Source: Elsinoe ampelina (lineage: Eukaryota). From it: a stretch of 64,000 nucleotides of DNA. This document shows positions 1 through 12,900 of the stretch, piece by piece. The stretch lies in contig ML992501.1 in the NCBI GenBank assembly GCA_010093995.1, positions 1,669,583 through 1,733,582 on the forward strand, given 5' to 3'. The first letter of the stretch is position 1; the number at the start of each line of letters is the position of its first letter. The notes under the pieces are model-generated. The model saw nothing but the letters and a program-made list of their open reading frames with translations. It did not search any database and had not been told where the DNA came from. Both the position numbers and the translations under genes were made by a program.

Positions 1-445
1 TAACCTTATAGATTGCCTTAGTGCCTTTACTAGTATCTAGGGCTAGTTCTTTAGGCTTTATAACTACTAGTATCTAGTTAATGTTATAAATTGTATATCT
101 AAGTATATTCTTTTTAAGGAGAGCTACCTTAAGAGTTAATCTCTAAGCATTATAGTTGCTCCCTCTCTTAAGAATCTAAGTCTCGAGCATTTTTGCTAAT
201 CTAGACATAATAATAGTAATTAGCTAAAGGCCTGTTAATTTAATTAATGTAATTAGCTTGTTTAAGCCGTTTAAACCGTTTGATTAAAGGGTTAATGCGG
301 GCTACTACAAGTGTTTATCTTAATGTAGCTAGTCTAGAATTTAGTGTAGGCGGCTTAGTAATCCTTTTAATAATAACACGCTTAATTTACTATAGCTTTA
401 AGTGCTTTTGTAGAAGCGCTAGGCTTATAACCTGTTATAACTAGC
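1..445. repeat. RIP-mutated AT-rich repeat remnant, family not identified
   Basis: TpA-rich and CpA/TpG-depleted like the nest downstream. Abrupt switch to GC-balanced sequence at ~450. Confidence 0.6.
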
Positions 446-911
446 AAATCGGATCGAGAGACGTGTGTTTCATTCAGAGAGTTACAATAACCGATTTATC
501 TACTGTGCGTGCGCTGACTCATCAGTACCAGTTCTTCAGTACCAGAGAAGCTGTACCAGCCTTCCATTACAACATTTCTGCCCCGCAATCGCCCCTCGGC
601 AGATGCAGGCACGTGCAGGGAATATGACTGAACATCCGTCACGTAATTTCTTGTCTTTGTCCACGCACACGAAATATGAAGCACCAGAACCTGCACAACT
701 TGTGAGACCTCTAATATACTTGGCTCACCATCAGCAGCGATTCCACCCTGGCTCGGCGTCCTGTTGTTTCCCCGCCCACTGTGTCGGGCCGCCACGGCCC
801 GAGGGTTACGTGAGCCTGAAGGTTGTTGCAACAACCCAATCAGCCATCCTGCCAACATATCAACCTTTGTTGGCGTATGTGCGCAGATCATAAGCTTACA
901 GAGGTCTGCGT

Positions 912-918
912 TATATAA
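912..918 (+). promoter_or_regulatory. Putative TATA box of the epoxide hydrolase gene
   Basis: TATATAA followed by a CT-rich tract, ~70 nt upstream of the ATG at 989 (context CACCATGG). Confidence 0.5.
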
Positions 919-988
919 GTTCTTCCTTCTCTCTGCTTGTTTCTTTTCATTCCGAGGTCCTCTCGCTCTATAGGACTTAATCAACACC

Positions 989-1999
989 ATGGAAGACTTC
1001 ACAGGCCACACTGTCTCACTCAAGGGGCAAAAGACCTTCTACTGGGAAGGAGGATCTCCCGAAGGCGAGCTGATCATTTTCATTCATGGCTGGCCTGACC
1101 TTGGAGCAACCTGGCACCATCAACTCAAGCACTTTGCTGCGGCAGGCTACCGCGTCGTGGCTCCTGACATGCGAGGGTATGGTGAGTCGTCAGCACCAAC
1201 CGACAAGCGCGCATACTCTCTGGAGGTCATGTCCACTGAGCTCGTGGAGTTACTGCACCACCTCGGAGCTAAGCAAGCCATCTGGGTTGCCCATGATTGG
1301 GGTTCGGGCCTTCTCAATGGTTTCACCGCTCATTACCCAGAACTTTGCAAGGGTTACGCCACTCTCGCCGTCCCGTACCGGACAGTTGAATTGGGTCTTG
1401 ATTACGAAATCAGCACCATCAACCGTGACATCTATCCCGAATCCGAGTACCCTTACGGTCAATTCGAGTACCAGAAGTCCTACGAGCTGGAGGAGGAGAA
1501 CGCTGTGAAGTCCCTCGAGACCCATGCAGAGAAGATCACCAAGCTGATGTACATTCGCGGTGACCCCACTTCATGGGGTAAACCAAGCATGACTGCCTCC
1601 ACAATCAGGAATGGCGGCATGTTCCCGAACCCTGACGCCCTGCCCGACATCCCTCTGGAGTACACCACCCTGGAGCCTTGGCTTTATGAGCTGCTTGTGA
1701 AGTCTCACAAGACTCACGGAAGCTTCCCCTGTTCAGCATGGTACCTGAACCACGAAGTCAACACCCAATGGTCAAAGAAAGAGAAGAACGGAGGTGTTCT
1801 GGAATTCCCCGTCTTGTTCATTGACGCCAAATACGACGGTGTATGCTCTATCACTACCACACCTAAGTTTGCGGAAGGTCAGAGAAAGCATACTAAGGAT
1901 CTCACTGAGGTGCTCCTCGGGTCTGCTCACTGGGTGCAATTGGAGAAGCCAAAAGAGGTGAACGAGGCGCTGGAGAAGTGGTTGAAAAGCAAGTTCTAG
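989..1999 (+). CDS. Alpha/beta-hydrolase fold protein, soluble epoxide hydrolase family (336 aa, no introns)
   Basis: HGWP oxyanion motif, VVAPDMRGYGES, nucleophile elbow AHDWG (Asp), C-terminal catalytic His in SAHWVQLEKP. Intact ORF, no RIP signature. Confidence 0.9.
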   Translation: MEDFTGHTVSLKGQKTFYWEGGSPEGELIIFIHGWPDLGATWHHQLKHFAAAGYRVVAPDMRGYGESSAPTDKRAYSLEVMSTELVELLHHLGAKQAIWVAHDWGSGLLNGFTAHYPELCKGYATLAVPYRTVELGLDYEISTINRDIYPESEYPYGQFEYQKSYELEEENAVKSLETHAEKITKLMYIRGDPTSWGKPSMTASTIRNGGMFPNPDALPDIPLEYTTLEPWLYELLVKSHKTHGSFPCSAWYLNHEVNTQWSKKEKNGGVLEFPVLFIDAKYDGVCSITTTPKFAEGQRKHTKDLTEVLLGSAHWVQLEKPKEVNEALEKWLKSKF

Positions 2000-3221
2000 A
2001 TTGCATCTCTTGTGAGACGACTGTGCAGCTAGACGTCCACAGATGTCTCACTTTGCGGTGTGGGCGAACAAATTCGATTCACTGGTTTGAGTCTCTATAA
2101 GAAGCCAGATCTTGGTCGTGACTTCGTTAAAACATGCTACTTCAACGGACGCTTCGTGGTTCAGCCTCTCGATTGTCGAACGACAGATTTTCTTGCCAGA
2201 GCTCGTGCGAGAAGCGGTCACGTCTTCTTTTCAGTGGCATGCCCGCTCGCACTTGTCTTAGCCGCAGCCGAGTCGCTAGTGCTCTGTGAGAATGGCACTC
2301 GAATTCCTCGACCTCATGGTCTCACTTTTTCTTTGGTGTTGTGGAGACGCCTTTCGCGGTACCGGTACCATCATCCATCCTTGTCTGTGCCAGCGCTTTC
2401 TCGACAGTAGCCGCTCGGTCGGCAGCCGATACACGATTTCTGGACGATGTTGAACTCTTGATCAGTCTCAACTGGTCTTGGATTCGCTCATTTATGTCTT
2501 TGTCATCGAGTAGAACCATGGTGATAGCGATGGCGACAATCGACAAGTCGGTTTCGTTGTCTCTTTGAGCGACGAGATGTCCACGAGTGTCGATCTGATG
2601 AACAACAATTGCGATGACCGAGAGTACAAGAATACCTGGCGGCGACCCGGGTCGGACACCCTGACTATGAGACGTTGTACAGTGTTTCTACCGAATTCAT
2701 CTTTACCATGATCTATGGATACACGTACTTCGACATCAGCCAATTACGCACCGTGTTTCATACCGTGTCACATGGACACAACACTACAGGTGCTTTCGTG
2801 GCACCGAGAAAATGGGCGTTTATTGCAGTCAGCGCCTTGTACGACGGCACCGGATTCGCTACGACGTGGCAAGTCCTGGTCGCGCGGCGCTGCTCCGAGC
2901 CTCATGGCGATAGCCAACTGCACGATGTCCGCGCATTCAGTTCTCGGGCGCCCTGGACCAGTGAGGCTTGAGGCTACCGCATGCAGCTACCGCACGCGTC
3001 TACCAAGATGGACTGCTTTCGCAAGGCAAGATGGCTACGACTTGCCACGGGCGCAATCATAGTGTGGGTTCCTTCCTTGAATCGTCGTGAATTATGCCCC
3101 GGGACTGGGAGGACAGCTACGAGTGCTTTGTCCGAGGGATCGTCATGGTCAAGGCGATTGAATCTAGATGATCAGGCTCGTATAAATTGAGTATATATTA
3201 TTTGACGCGAAGCTGTAGATC

Positions 3222-3340
3222 AGATACGGCCACAGACAGTTGAAAGCAAGGCATCCCGTCAGATCTGCCATATTTAAGCAACTGATCGCCTGATTAGTAA
3301 TGCGGTGGGTGACCACGTGTGAATCCCAGGTGCTGTATCT
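3222..3340 (+). rRNA. 5S rRNA gene (dispersed copy, 119 nt)
   Basis: Ends AGATACGGC...GCTGTATCT pair as helix I, CAGTTG/CAACTG as helix II. Conserved CATCCCGTC.GATC and TTAGTA..GTGGGTGACCAC..GAA motifs. TATA-like element ~30 nt upstream and T-runs immediately downstream (Pol III terminator). Confidence 0.93.
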
Positions 3341-3780
3341 TTTGCTTTTTCCCATGCTCATCTTACGCGTGAAATGGTTCTGTTGCGTCGTACGGTGCCG
3401 TATACAAGACTTAAGCCTGATGTCGTGGTCGACAGGGCTCACAATGCGGCACCTTCGTGCCTATGTTTTTGGCTTCAAATCCCGACGCTTTCGCGTGTGG
3501 CAAAGCATATAATGCAGATTAAGTATAAACTTCGTACAAATCGCAGTATCATATAAAGACACCAGAGAATGATACTCTCCGCCGTGCCTGTCCCGTGAGA
3601 TAGTCCCGACGCCATAGGGTAAGGGATAAGCTGCACTAAAGACCATTTGTGAACATCGACGCCACCATGAGGAGCACACGCTCGGACATCAAACATCGAA
3701 GTTGGCTACAACGTTGCTCGTGTATCGCACAAACCTGTCAGAAATTCCCGACAGGCACTGTTCTTCCCTGTCAACATGCT

Positions 3781-4702
3781 TCAGAATTCACAAGGCCGAT
3801 CCATCAACCAGAAATCAAGACCCTTCTTGTACGCTTCTGCAGCGTCCGGATCCGTCTTGCGCATCTCCATGTACCGTTTAATCTCCTCCATGTGATAATC
3901 GTGTTCGTACCTAGTCTTGTAACCCCCAAACTGTTCGCCATGGGACTGCAAGTCTCCGTGGTGGAACTCCCTCGTCTCAGTCTCATCTAGCACACCCTCA
4001 TCTTTCTTTTCGTCCTCGTCTCTCCCCACAGCCCGGTCGCCTAAGCTGTTGGTGCTGTGCCAATCCGGAGCGTGTTGGTCTGCCGTCGCGCCCTCTCGAC
4101 GACGGTAAGCGCGCACTATTTCCAGCGTCGCTTCTCTCGGGGTGCCTTTCGGTACGCCGGCTGCGATGAGCTCGTTGACCCATACCGCCGCGCCGGTCTC
4201 GCGAGGATTGTCGCGATTCCCTGGTCCTCGAGTTGACATCGGAGGAACTGCCTGATTATCGAGCACAGGGTCGTCGTGCTGGGGTATGGCATTGTCCAAA
4301 CCCCACGTTAGGCTCACAATGACATAGTCGATCTGCTCAGGCTGGGCTTCGTATCTCAACCACCGCTGTGCATTCAGGATCGAGCTGCCCGTCCACGTCT
4401 CGACCGAACGACCCTCCCCCTCCTCCAGCCACGAGAGCGTCTTGTGGTCCTTCCGCATGAATTTCCACAATTGTAAGTTGTCCGCGAAGAGCATGAGTTC
4501 CCCCCTCAAAGCCTCCGGGGTCTCGAGGCTCATAGTCAGCCTAGTCACAGAGTCAGGTAGACGCAGTCTATTCGACCAGAACTGTCTCATATGTAACGCG
4601 TCGTCGTACTCCCAACAACACCAATCCGTGTGGCGAACGATGATATGGACTGTCTGGATGCTCAAAGCTGATATGTCCAAAATATTTTGCAGGACCCAAA
4701 AG
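3781..4702 (-). pseudogene. 3' part of a fungal hypothetical protein gene, cut at its 5' side by the hAT insertion
   Basis: The track ORF starts at TTG, not ATG. The frame stays open upstream (FWVLQNILDISAL...IVRHTDWCCWE) up to the transposon end at 4703. GC-balanced, not RIPed. Confidence 0.65.
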
Positions 4703-6495
4703 CAGTGTAGACCGTAATCAATATAATCAATCTAATGGAGTCATAATTGATTAATTGGCACCTCGTCGTCGCTGTGATTAATTAGTTAATAATCAGCCAG
4801 CTTAGATATTAATTGATCGACTCCTAGAGGCTGTAATATTAATTAATTAATCTAATTAATAAGGCTCTATCTTATAGTCAATCTTAAGGCTAAAGTGACT
4901 TTATATTAACTATACTAGCCTTAATCTAACTCTTTAAGCTTATAGTAGCATTAATAGTGTCACCTTCAAGGCGATTATAGCAGTTTATAACTATAAGGCT
5001 AGTGTTACTAAAGAGGCGCTCTAGCTTATCTAACATTAGTAGTATAGTAAGGATATCTAGTACTATAATAGTTAGCTAAGGCTAGAGATACTACTTTTAC
5101 TACTACTACTTATAAGGCTTTAAAACCTTATATTGTAATACTACTAAGGTATAAAGCTTATACTAATTAACTAGAGCTGTCCTTTTATAGTCTTCCTTAC
5201 TACTATATCTAAGCATAAAGTTATTATTATTATTAAAGGCTTAGTACTTTAGTTTACGCTGGAGGCGCTTAGCTAGCCTTAAAGGTAAAGGTAAATTTAA
5301 TTCTTATATAAAGTAATTTAGCTACTCTTAATAGTACTACTAGAGATTAAGTATAGTTACTTTAGTACTTCTTATCTAGTCCTTCTAGTCGCTCTAGTAG
5401 CGTATAATCTAGTCCTAGTTATAGTAAGAGTAGAGCATAACTATAGCTAGATAAGCTAGAGTCTTATCTATTAGCGTATAATAGTTATTAAGCTTACGCT
5501 AAGCAAGGTTTATATTAACTCTAAAGTGCAACTCTAGCTGTACTTCGGTAGTCTATAAGTAAGCTAAATCTATAGTAATTTAACTATTAATAGTATACTT
5601 ATACTTAGCTACCTTAAGATAACTAAGTAAGTAGCTAAAGGTTAGAAGAACCTCCTATATATAGCTATAACTACTAACATAGCCTTAGAGGCGAATTATA
5701 GCTAAGAAGAGAGGCTTAAGGATATAGTAGTACTACTAGAGAATGTCCTAATTATCGTAGGTAAGCTAGTTAGTAATTACTAAAGGCTCTTTATAAGCGC
5801 TAGTACTATAACCTCTATACTAAGATTAGCTATAAAGGCAACTTCTTTACTTAGTAGATTAGCTAATTTGCTTAATAATAAAGGTATTAATAGCCTTACG
5901 GACTTAGAGAGTATACTAGATTATTAAATAAAGACTATTCTACCTTATATTATTATTATAAACTAGCTAGTATATTGTCTTATCTATATACTCTAAAGCC
6001 TTATTAGTAGCTTACTTCTAGAGTGCCTTAAAGGCTTAGATCCTTTAAGGAGATTAACTAATAAAGGTAATAATATTATATAGCTTACTAATTAGCCTAT
6101 ACCTTCTCTAGTAAAGGTGCTCTTTATACTTCTCTTTAATAACCTCTTAAAGCTTAATCTTAAAGGCCTTAATATCTTAATTACTTCCTCTAAGTATAAT
6201 TAACTTAGCTATAAGGTTAATAATGTAGCTAGTGTACCTTATATACCTCTACTTTAGATTAAAATTAAACTTAGCACTAAGAAACTCTATAGCCTTATTA
6301 TTACTTAAGGCGTTATTAGTAGTAAAGTATCTAATTAAGCAATTAAGCTACTAGTAAGAGATAATAGCTATAATAGTCTTAGCTATATTCTTACTACTAT
6401 AAGTATTATAATACTTAGGAAGGCTAATAAGAAGGTTCTAGATCTTACTATCTTAATTAATAAAGTAAGTAATAAAGCTAAGAAGAGTAAGGTAG
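4703..6495 (-). mobile_element. hAT DNA transposon, 3' half (TIR plus C-terminal transposase), interrupted by A1
   Basis: Terminus CAGTGTAGACCGTAATCAAT with subterminal AATCAAT/ATTGATT repeats. Transposase motifs on the minus strand. Confidence 0.85.
4878..6495 (-). pseudogene. RIP-inactivated hAT transposase (C-terminal ~540 codons)
   Basis: De-RIPed reading gives LALLGFVAHF, IGYFTTDNASSND, RCAGHIINLVAK, DNDTRWNSLYLMI and the dimerisation domain ALDILTIPPMSDEPERLFS...RNRL, ending at TGA (4878). Confidence 0.85.
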
Positions 6496-6917
6496 TGTTA
6501 CGAACTAGTAGAAAGAAAGGTAACTTTATTCGCTTACGACGCTCTAATAGAGTTCTAGCGTAGAGAAGAAAGTTACGTAACTAGAAGCGTATAGGCCGAG
6601 GACCTAAACGCTCTACTATACTCTATAACGCTCTTATATAGAGTACTTCTAGATTATTATAGATCCCCTAGAGGATCTTAGGTATATAGTAAGTAGTTCT
6701 TACCCTATATAAGTACTATAGTTAACCTCGTCTAGATAGTAAACACTAGTATTACTAAGGCTAGCCTTTATAATACTATCTAACTATACTTTATTATCTA
6801 TAAGATATACCTTCTCTAACTCTTACCTTAGTACTATACTACTATAGAAGTAGAACTACCTCGTTCTTAGCTTAGCTTAGACTACTAGTGTAGGCTATAT
6901 TTAGACAGTTTATAACA
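6496..6917 (+). repeat. A1 5' LTR (422 bp, variant 5' half)
   Basis: TGTTACGAAC...TTATAACA. 3' half matches the A2/A3 LTRs, the region ~6512-6694 does not. Confidence 0.8.
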
Positions 6918-9900
6918 TTTTAACTACCCTTACTATAGTATAGTATACTACGAGGTTAATAAGTAACTATAATAGGAACTATAAACTTATAGCTAGTAGA
7001 TAGACGTTAGAGATACGTTGTTTCGGCTACAATTCTATATAGTATATATAGTAGTAGTTCCTAACCTTCTATAGAGAGATTAGGAATTTGTTATTGTATT
7101 TATATAGTATATACCTCTTCTCTATCGCTTCTCTATCTTAGAGACATCGTACCTACTCTATCTAGATACTCTATTACAATTTAAATTCCTCCTAAAACTA
7201 TAGTTAAGATAGCCTAGGTTAATAGTCTTAATATAGTTAGCTTAATAAAGGACTAACGGATTATCCGCTATAGACGCTATATCTACTAGCTTAGTAGAAG
7301 CTACCTAATTAGAACCTATCTCCTCTAATATATCTAAGGAGGAGCTATATACTACCTAAGAAGAGCTAGCTTAACTCCGCTAGAATAGAGAGTATATAGA
7401 GATCTAGAGGGCCCTTACGATTAAGCGTAAAGGACCCCTTTAGAAGAGGACCTATATCGATATATAGGAATAGTAAGAGAAGTCTAATAACAATAATTAG
7501 TTATACTAAGATAGTATCTCTCGAGGAACTCTTAATCTAGATATCTCTCTAGAGATACTTTCCCTTTAGATTAACCTTAAGAAAGTATAAAAGCTAGAGG
7601 TACTAGAGAAACTAAAGAGATATATATACCTCGCTAACGTAAAGGCGTTTATCTAATTATACTACGCTATCTTTAGGGTCTATAAGTATATCTATCTTAC
7701 TAGTAAAGATCGAGCCTAGTTTATAGCTAGCTATCTAGATAGATTCCTCGCTATAATATAGAAGAGCTATATTAATAACATAGGACCTTAGGCTAAGAAC
7801 TAAAGCTACTTTTAAGAATAGATTAAAGATTGTATTATAGATAAGAGTAACTAAGCTCTAAAATATACCTAACTATTCTATAATAGTACTTAGAGGTTAA
7901 ACTAATTAGTTACTAAGTTTGCCTAATACCTCGAAGAGTATACTAAGGAAATTAGTAATACTACTATAGATAAGGCTTAGTTCGTAAGCTACCTTATTAA
8001 CAGCGTAAAGCCTATATATTAATAGAGCTATATAGCGCTCTAAGACCCCCTAAGGGGTAAAGATAAGGCTATCTCCTACTTTACTTATATTAAGAGTATA
8101 TTTAGAAGCTAAGCTATCTCTAAGACAATATATATCTCTCGCTACTTCGTAGATAAGCTAAAGAGAGATAACTAGAAATTCTAGAATAACAAAAATAAGA
8201 AAAAAAGAAGGTTTAAAGACCTTATATCTAGAGTTAATACAACTTTAATACTCTATCGCTCTAACCTCTTAGAGGTAAAGTACTATAGGTATAGGTAACC
8301 TAGCTATATCTACCTTAACTACTCTTATAATAAGACAAAAAACTAAATACCCTAGCTATAGATCTCGCCTCTATATAGCTAGGAGTATCCAAAGGAGGTC
8401 TACTACTAAGCTAACTAAGGATAGATATTTACCTTAGTTAGGAAGGTAAAGCTCTATCTACTAATTACATAGCTATATCTCTTATAGATTTAGGAGCTAA
8501 TATTTGTTTTATTAACTACTATTACGTAAAGAAGAAAGAAGTCTACCTATATACTAATAGTATAATAAGGGTAAAGTCCCTTAACTAGTACAAGATACGC
8601 TTATATAGATACTACTATCTTATAGTAGAAGCTACTAACTACTATAGCGTTATAAAGGAGATTCGATAGTGCTTTAAGTTAGTAGAGATAAAGGGATACA
8701 ACTTAGTACTAGGCTAGATATAGCTCTTTAGTATTAACCTAGACATCGATTAGTAAAGCTAGAGGTAGAGATATTGCTCTACTAGCGTTAATATAACGCT
8801 CCTAATAGTAGAAGAATTTACTAAGGAAATATTAGAGCAGCTATAGTACTATATAGTTTTCTTAAATATAATCTATAAAGATAACGCTCTAACGTCGTAG
8901 AGTAGGCTTCTAAGCTAGCTCTATAACTTCTTAGATATATTCGACAATAAGGAAGCTATTACTATACTCTCTCTAGCGCTATATAACTACTTAATCGAAC
9001 TTATCGAAGAGAAGTAACCTCTATAGAGACCTATTTACGCCCTTATAGAGATAGAGCTAAGTACTCTTAGAGAGTACCTAGCTAAGAATTTAAAGCTAGG
9101 CTATATTTACTACTCTACTAGCCCTATAGAGGCTCCTATTCTCTTTATATCTAAGGCTAATAAGTTACTACGTCTCTACGTCGACTACTAAGGTCTTAAT
9201 AACGTCTTAGTAAAGAACTACTACTCTTTACCCCTTATTACTAAGATACTTAATAGAATCTAGAGGGCTAAGGTATACTTAAAAATAGATCTTAGGGACG
9301 TATACTACTATATCTAGATTAAGGAGAGCAACGAATAGAAGATAGTATTCCGATATAGATATAGATATTTTAAATATATAGTTATACCTTTTAGCCTTGT
9401 AAATGCTCCTACTACCTTCTAGTTATATATTAGCTAATACCTCGATAGCTTAGTTAATTACTACTATATCGTCTATATAGACAATATTCTTATTTACTCC
9501 CGAGATCTGTTATAGTACTATAGGTATATTAAAGAAGTTCTAGCGTAACTTAGAAAGTATTTTCTTTTTATAAAGACTTCTAAGTGTACCTTTAAAGTTA
9601 AGGAAGTATAGTTTCTAAGATATGTTCTAGGCTCTAAAGGCGTCTTAATAGAGCTCTAAAGAGTTTAAGCTATTATAGACTAGCTAGAACCTACTTCTCT
9701 AAAAGAACTCTAGATCTTTCTTAGATTTATAAACTTTTACTAACGGTTTATTAATAGCTATATAGAGATAATAAGACCTATAACGTAACTACTTATAGAG
9801 AGCAAAAATAAAAAATAGATAGGTCCTTTCTACTTTACTAATAGTACTAGACAATTATTTTAATATCTTAAAGACTACTTTATAACTACTTCTCTCCTAT

Positions 9901-12900
9901 AGTTTTTTAACAAAAGTAAGAATATAAGGATATATACTAACTCCTTTAGATTTATAATCTCTAGAATTACTATATAACTATTTAGTAACGGCGGAGAGAA
10001 GGTAGTCTAATAGTACTCTATTATGTACTATTTATAGAAACTATAGAGAGTAGAGTTAAACTAGCCTATATATAACTAAGAGCTACTTGCTATCCTCGAG
10101 GTAGTACGCTACTAGTAGTAGTATCTCCTCTCTATTCCTTCTACTACTACTATATTTATAGATTATAATAACCTAAAATACTTCTTAATAACTAAGATAC
10201 TCTTAGCTTAATAGGCCTATATTAGCAAAGAGCTATTATAATATAATATCTAGATTACCTATAACCTAGAGAAGCTTAATTCTACTAATAGACTATCGAG
10301 GAGGCTAGACCTAGATACTAGAGACAAGTAAGCTAAGGTAGACTTATACCTATAGGTCCTAAGAGACTTATATAAGAGGCTAAAGAGACATCTTCTCCTT
10401 AACGCTACGATAGTAGCTAAGTAGGTTAAGTTAACCTAAGACATATAAGGTAAGATACTAGATATAAACTTAGTAGTTACTAAGGACTCTTTACCGAGAT
10501 AGCGTAGTAAGATAGAGTATACTAGAAGATCTAAAGATACCTAAGAGAGTATTATAGCCTAAGGCGAGATACTAGACATAGATATAGAAGCTAAGATAGC
10601 TCCCTATAAGAGTAGAGATAGTAGATCTACTCCCCTAGAGGTAAGTAGTTCCTTTTACTATTCCCTATAGATAACTATAGTAGAGAGATTATTATAAGGA
10701 CCGACGTAGTAAGTACGCTACGCTAGCTTACCCTAGAGATACTATTCTCCGTAGGAGAATAAAACACTCCTCGCCTATAGAATAGATAGAGTAGAGATTA
10801 GTCTTACGATAATCGAGAGTACACTAGTATAATACCTGTTCTACTCCTATATACTTGTCTTTCTAGCTCTAATATCCTACCTTCGTTATAATTCTAATCT
10901 CTCTTATATTCTATCGGATAGAGCTATATAGACAAGATAGCACCCCGTACTTAGCGCTAGCGAAACGACTAACTACCGCTAGAGTAGTACTAGTATAGAC
11001 AACTCTCTAATAGCTTAGCTATTAGCAAGGTATTTACCGAATTAGCTATAACTCTAGAGATAACCTCTATTAAAGATTACTAGGCCGGGGAAGAGCTAGC
11101 GCTAAGACTATACTACGCTAATGTAGCTCCTATAGAAAGTATAGCCGATACGGGAAATAATACTATATATAAAGCACTTCTTACTTATATCGCTTAGCTC
11201 GAGAATATACTTAGTAGTTACTCCCTAGTTGTAGCGCTAGTACTACGTAGTTGTTTTAATAATATATAACTTAACAATATTTGCCTAATAAACCTATAAA
11301 TTGTAAGAGAGTATATACTAAACTTACACTACCTCGAGGCCTTAGAGTCTACTATTATAGCAAGAGTTAAGAAATTTATATATATATATAATAACGTCTT
11401 TAAGATAGTGCTAAACATCTACTTTAAAGAAGTTACTTAGTGCTATATAGCTACTAGCTACTTAAAAGGTTAGCTTAGCTATAATTAGAACTTGTATATT
11501 AAGAGCGCTAGCGTTATACCCTTATAGAGCCTAATATAGTTCTAGCTTTAGGACTAAGCCTAGAGTTCTAAAAACTATAGTAATAGCTACGTAGTAAAGT
11601 TCTTTACGTTACGCTAGCGTAGAGAATAGTTAATTACTAATTTCTATATATTCCTTAATAGTTATAAGTTCTATATTAAGATAGCGCTACTCCCGGACGA
11701 CGCCTACTATATATAGCTTATCGCCTATACTACGCTAGAGCTATGCTCGAAAGTACTCCGTTAGGGGAACCTACCTCTAATTAAGGTAGAACTCCTAGTA
11801 TATCTATCCTATTTAGAGTAGAACCTACTAGGCTACTCTAACTCTATATAGGGGTAGTATAAGTATAACGCTAGAGAGAAGACTAATACTTTTACTAAAA
11901 GGCCTTACTATAATAAAGACTATAAGGGCTAAAAGGACTAGTAGAGTAGCGCTAACGCTACCCCTATAGCTCCCCGACCTAGCGCTACTTACCCTTATAA
12001 TATCTATAAGAGCCTAGACTATTAGGCGCTAAACTGTCCCTAGAAGGACTCTTTAAAACGAATAGTGTCCTTATATTTACTAATCCTAAGTAGCTCTAGC
12101 GCGACGTAGGATATATACTAAATTTGTACCGACGTTATAGTTAACCTACCTAAAGGCCCTATTAAAGGGGTAGCTCTAATAGATAGTAGCGCTAATAGTA
12201 ACTTTATTAGCTAGTATTTTACTATACGCTATTATATTGCTATTAACTCCCTAGTAGTATACTAAGTGTGCGGCTTAGATAAATACGAATTAACTACCTA
12301 TAGATATACTAAGTTAGCCTTTACTATTAAGAATAGTAAAGAAATAACATAGGTGTCGCGCTAGCGGTTTAAAAGCGTTAATATAACTAGTTATAATCTT
12401 ATATTAGGCCTACTATAGCTATTATTCTATAACTCTAAGATTTAGTAGAGCGCTAGTATATAGAGGTATTATACTAGCGCTATATAGGTGTTAATTCTAG
12501 ATATACTCTTCTTCTTCTAGGAGCTAAATTAGTCTAACGCCTAGCTCTACCTAGTATATATATACTAGGACGAACCTAGCGCTTTAACTCTACTACACTA
12601 GCTTAATAACTATATAGATATTTTTAATAAGAGCGTAGTAATAGCGCTACTAGGTAACGATTTTACTTACTCTATCGATATTAAAGAGGGGAAATAGCTA
12701 CTCTAGGGACCTATCTACTCTCTTAGTAAGAAGGAGCTTTAGGTACTTCGAGAGTATATAGATAATAGCTTAGTAACGAGTTAACTCTAGTATAGTACTA
12801 GCTCTACGGGGTCTCTTATCCTATTCGTTCCTAAGAAGGATAGTTCGCTACGCCTATATATTAACTATTATAGGCTAAATAATATTACTATTAAGAACTA

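Noticed and set aside
465..1023. Overlapping ORFs upstream of the hydrolase (465-893 +, 496-1023 -, 764-973 +)
   Set aside because: No recognisable motifs, non-ATG starts, and they cover the likely promoter region.
1086..1668. Alternate-frame and antisense ORFs inside the hydrolase
   Set aside because: Shadow ORFs of a real gene.
2060..3190. Several 70-116 aa ORFs in GC-balanced DNA (e.g. 2322-2546 minus)
   Set aside because: Could be a decayed or intron-containing gene, but I could not support an exon structure or any homology.
3164..3556. ORFs overlapping or adjoining 3222-3340
   Set aside because: Better explained by the 5S rRNA gene and its flanks.
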